NCBI GenBank assembly: GCA_039714635.1
Contig: JBDLIY010000001.1
Coordinates: 1-32,715 of the forward strand
From: Planctomycetota bacterium
GTDB taxonomy: Bacteria; Planctomycetota; JAJSAM01
Length of the DNA: 32,715 bases
Direction of reading: 5' to 3'
Both the position numbers and the translations under genes were made by a program. The notes beneath the pieces are model-generated. The model saw nothing but the letters and a program-made list of their open reading frames with translations, was not told the DNA's origin and did not search any database. Position 1 is the first letter of the stretch; each line of letters begins with the position of its first letter. Of the stretch, positions 32,042 to 32,715 are shown piece after piece.

Positions 32042-32715
32042 ATGGCGACAGGCAGGATGCGGGACCTTCTGGCGGCCGAAGCAGGGGAGGCCGTCGTTCT
32101 CCAGGGCAACCTCGCCTTCGCCCTGGGCTGCGCGCGCGGCGGGATCCACGCCGCCGACGGCTACCCCGGCACGCCGTCCACCGAAGTCATCGACAAGGGC
32201 CTGCGGCACCTGCAGGACCACATGCGGGTCGGCTGGTCCGTCAACGAGGCGACCGCCGTCGGGCTCGGGTTCGGGGCGACGATGGCCGGTGACGACGTCG
32301 TCGTCACGCTGAAGATCCCCGGGCTCTTCCAGGCCGCGGACGTCGTCGCGACCGTGGCGGCGTACACCGCGCCGCGCGGCGGCCTCGTCCTCTACATCGC
32401 GTCCGACTTCACGCCGAGTTCGACGCAGTACGTCACCGACCCGCGCTACTTTTTGAAGTCCTGCTTCGTGCCGATCCTGGAGCCGCGCTCCCACCAGGAG
32501 ATGTACGACGTCGGTGCCCGGGCCGCGGCGCTCGCGCGGGAGGTCAAGGCTCCTGTCGTCGTCCTGGCCTCCGGGATCCTCTGCCACAGCGAGGGCCTCG
32601 TTCGACTCGACGAGCGGCGGGAGGTCCCGCGCCTCGACGGCGACCTGCCGTGGAAGCGGTTCATGAACCTGCCGCGGATCGCGCGGCAGAACTACGAGAC
32701 GATCCACGGCACGCG
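32042..32715 (+). CDS. indolepyruvate/2-oxoacid:ferredoxin oxidoreductase alpha subunit-like protein (5' part, runs off the window)
   Basis: Not in the track because it has no stop. ATG 32042 with GGAG 7 nt upstream. LQGNLAFALGCARGGIHAADGYPGTPSTEVID..WSVNEATAVGLGFGATMAG..LEPRSHQEMYD resembles the IorA/pyruvate-flavodoxin-oxidoreductase N-terminal domain. Confidence 0.65.
   Translation, partial: MATGRMRDLLAAEAGEAVVLQGNLAFALGCARGGIHAADGYPGTPSTEVIDKGLRHLQDHMRVGWSVNEATAVGLGFGATMAGDDVVVTLKIPGLFQAADVVATVAAYTAPRGGLVLYIASDFTPSSTQYVTDPRYFLKSCFVPILEPRSHQEMYDVGARAAALAREVKAPVVVLASGILCHSEGLVRLDERREVPRLDGDLPWKRFMNLPRIARQNYETIHGT

Noticed and set aside
31907-32707. 266-aa minus-strand ORF at the right edge
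   Set aside because: It is antisense to the open + frame that encodes a clear IorA-like N-terminus (GYPGTPSTEVID). It is a shadow ORF.
1-32715. Claiming the organism is a sulfate reducer or assigning taxonomy; mobile element or prophage content
   Set aside because: No sat, aprAB or qmo genes are in the window, so sulfate activation cannot be inferred. Taxonomy cannot be determined by eye. No integrase, transposase, phage or conjugation genes, and no tRNA or rRNA, were seen.

Overview
Gene-dense bacterial chromosomal window, roughly two-thirds G+C by eye. I saw no rRNA, tRNA, CRISPR array or transposase. The core (9414..24973, + strand) is a complete dissimilatory sulfite reductase (dsr) locus. 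Its order is dsrA-dsrB-dsrD-dsrN-(149-aa four-helix/ferritin-like ORF)-dsrL-dsrC, then a sirC::hemA-like fusion and a cobA::hemD fusion, then dsrT-dsrM-dsrK-dsrJ-dsrO-dsrP. It continues with a TauE/SafE (TSUP) permease, a translationally coupled unknown membrane protein, and a cytidylate-kinase-like protein. Divergent from dsrA is a sigma54-type two-component system: a HAMP histidine kinase with no sensor domain plus an NtrC-family regulator. A candidate -24/-12 promoter lies about 200 nt upstream of dsrA. Convergent with that regulator is a second DsrM-like/DsrK-like pair (NarI-like cytochrome b plus HdrD-like CCG protein) in an operon with a stand-alone CheY-like receiver. The left flank holds two tandem paralogous polytopic membrane proteins of unknown family and a Phd/VapC toxin-antitoxin pair. 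The right flank holds a large secreted multi-repeat protein, an orphan RHH protein, an ATC-hydrolase-like protein, a HigBA pair and the 5' part of an IorA-like gene. Most very long ORFs in the supplied track that lie antisense or out of frame to these genes are high-GC shadow ORFs. The best candidates for something undescribed are: (a) the DsrMK-like + receiver operon together with the sigma54 system next to dsrAB; (b) dsrD and dsrL in one locus with embedded fused siroheme genes; (c) the uncharacterised ORF between dsrN and dsrL and the duplicated structured element after it; (d) the TauE + expanded membrane partner after dsrP; (e) the tandem unknown membrane-protein paralogs. All functional names rest on motif recognition by eye; no searches or computations were run.
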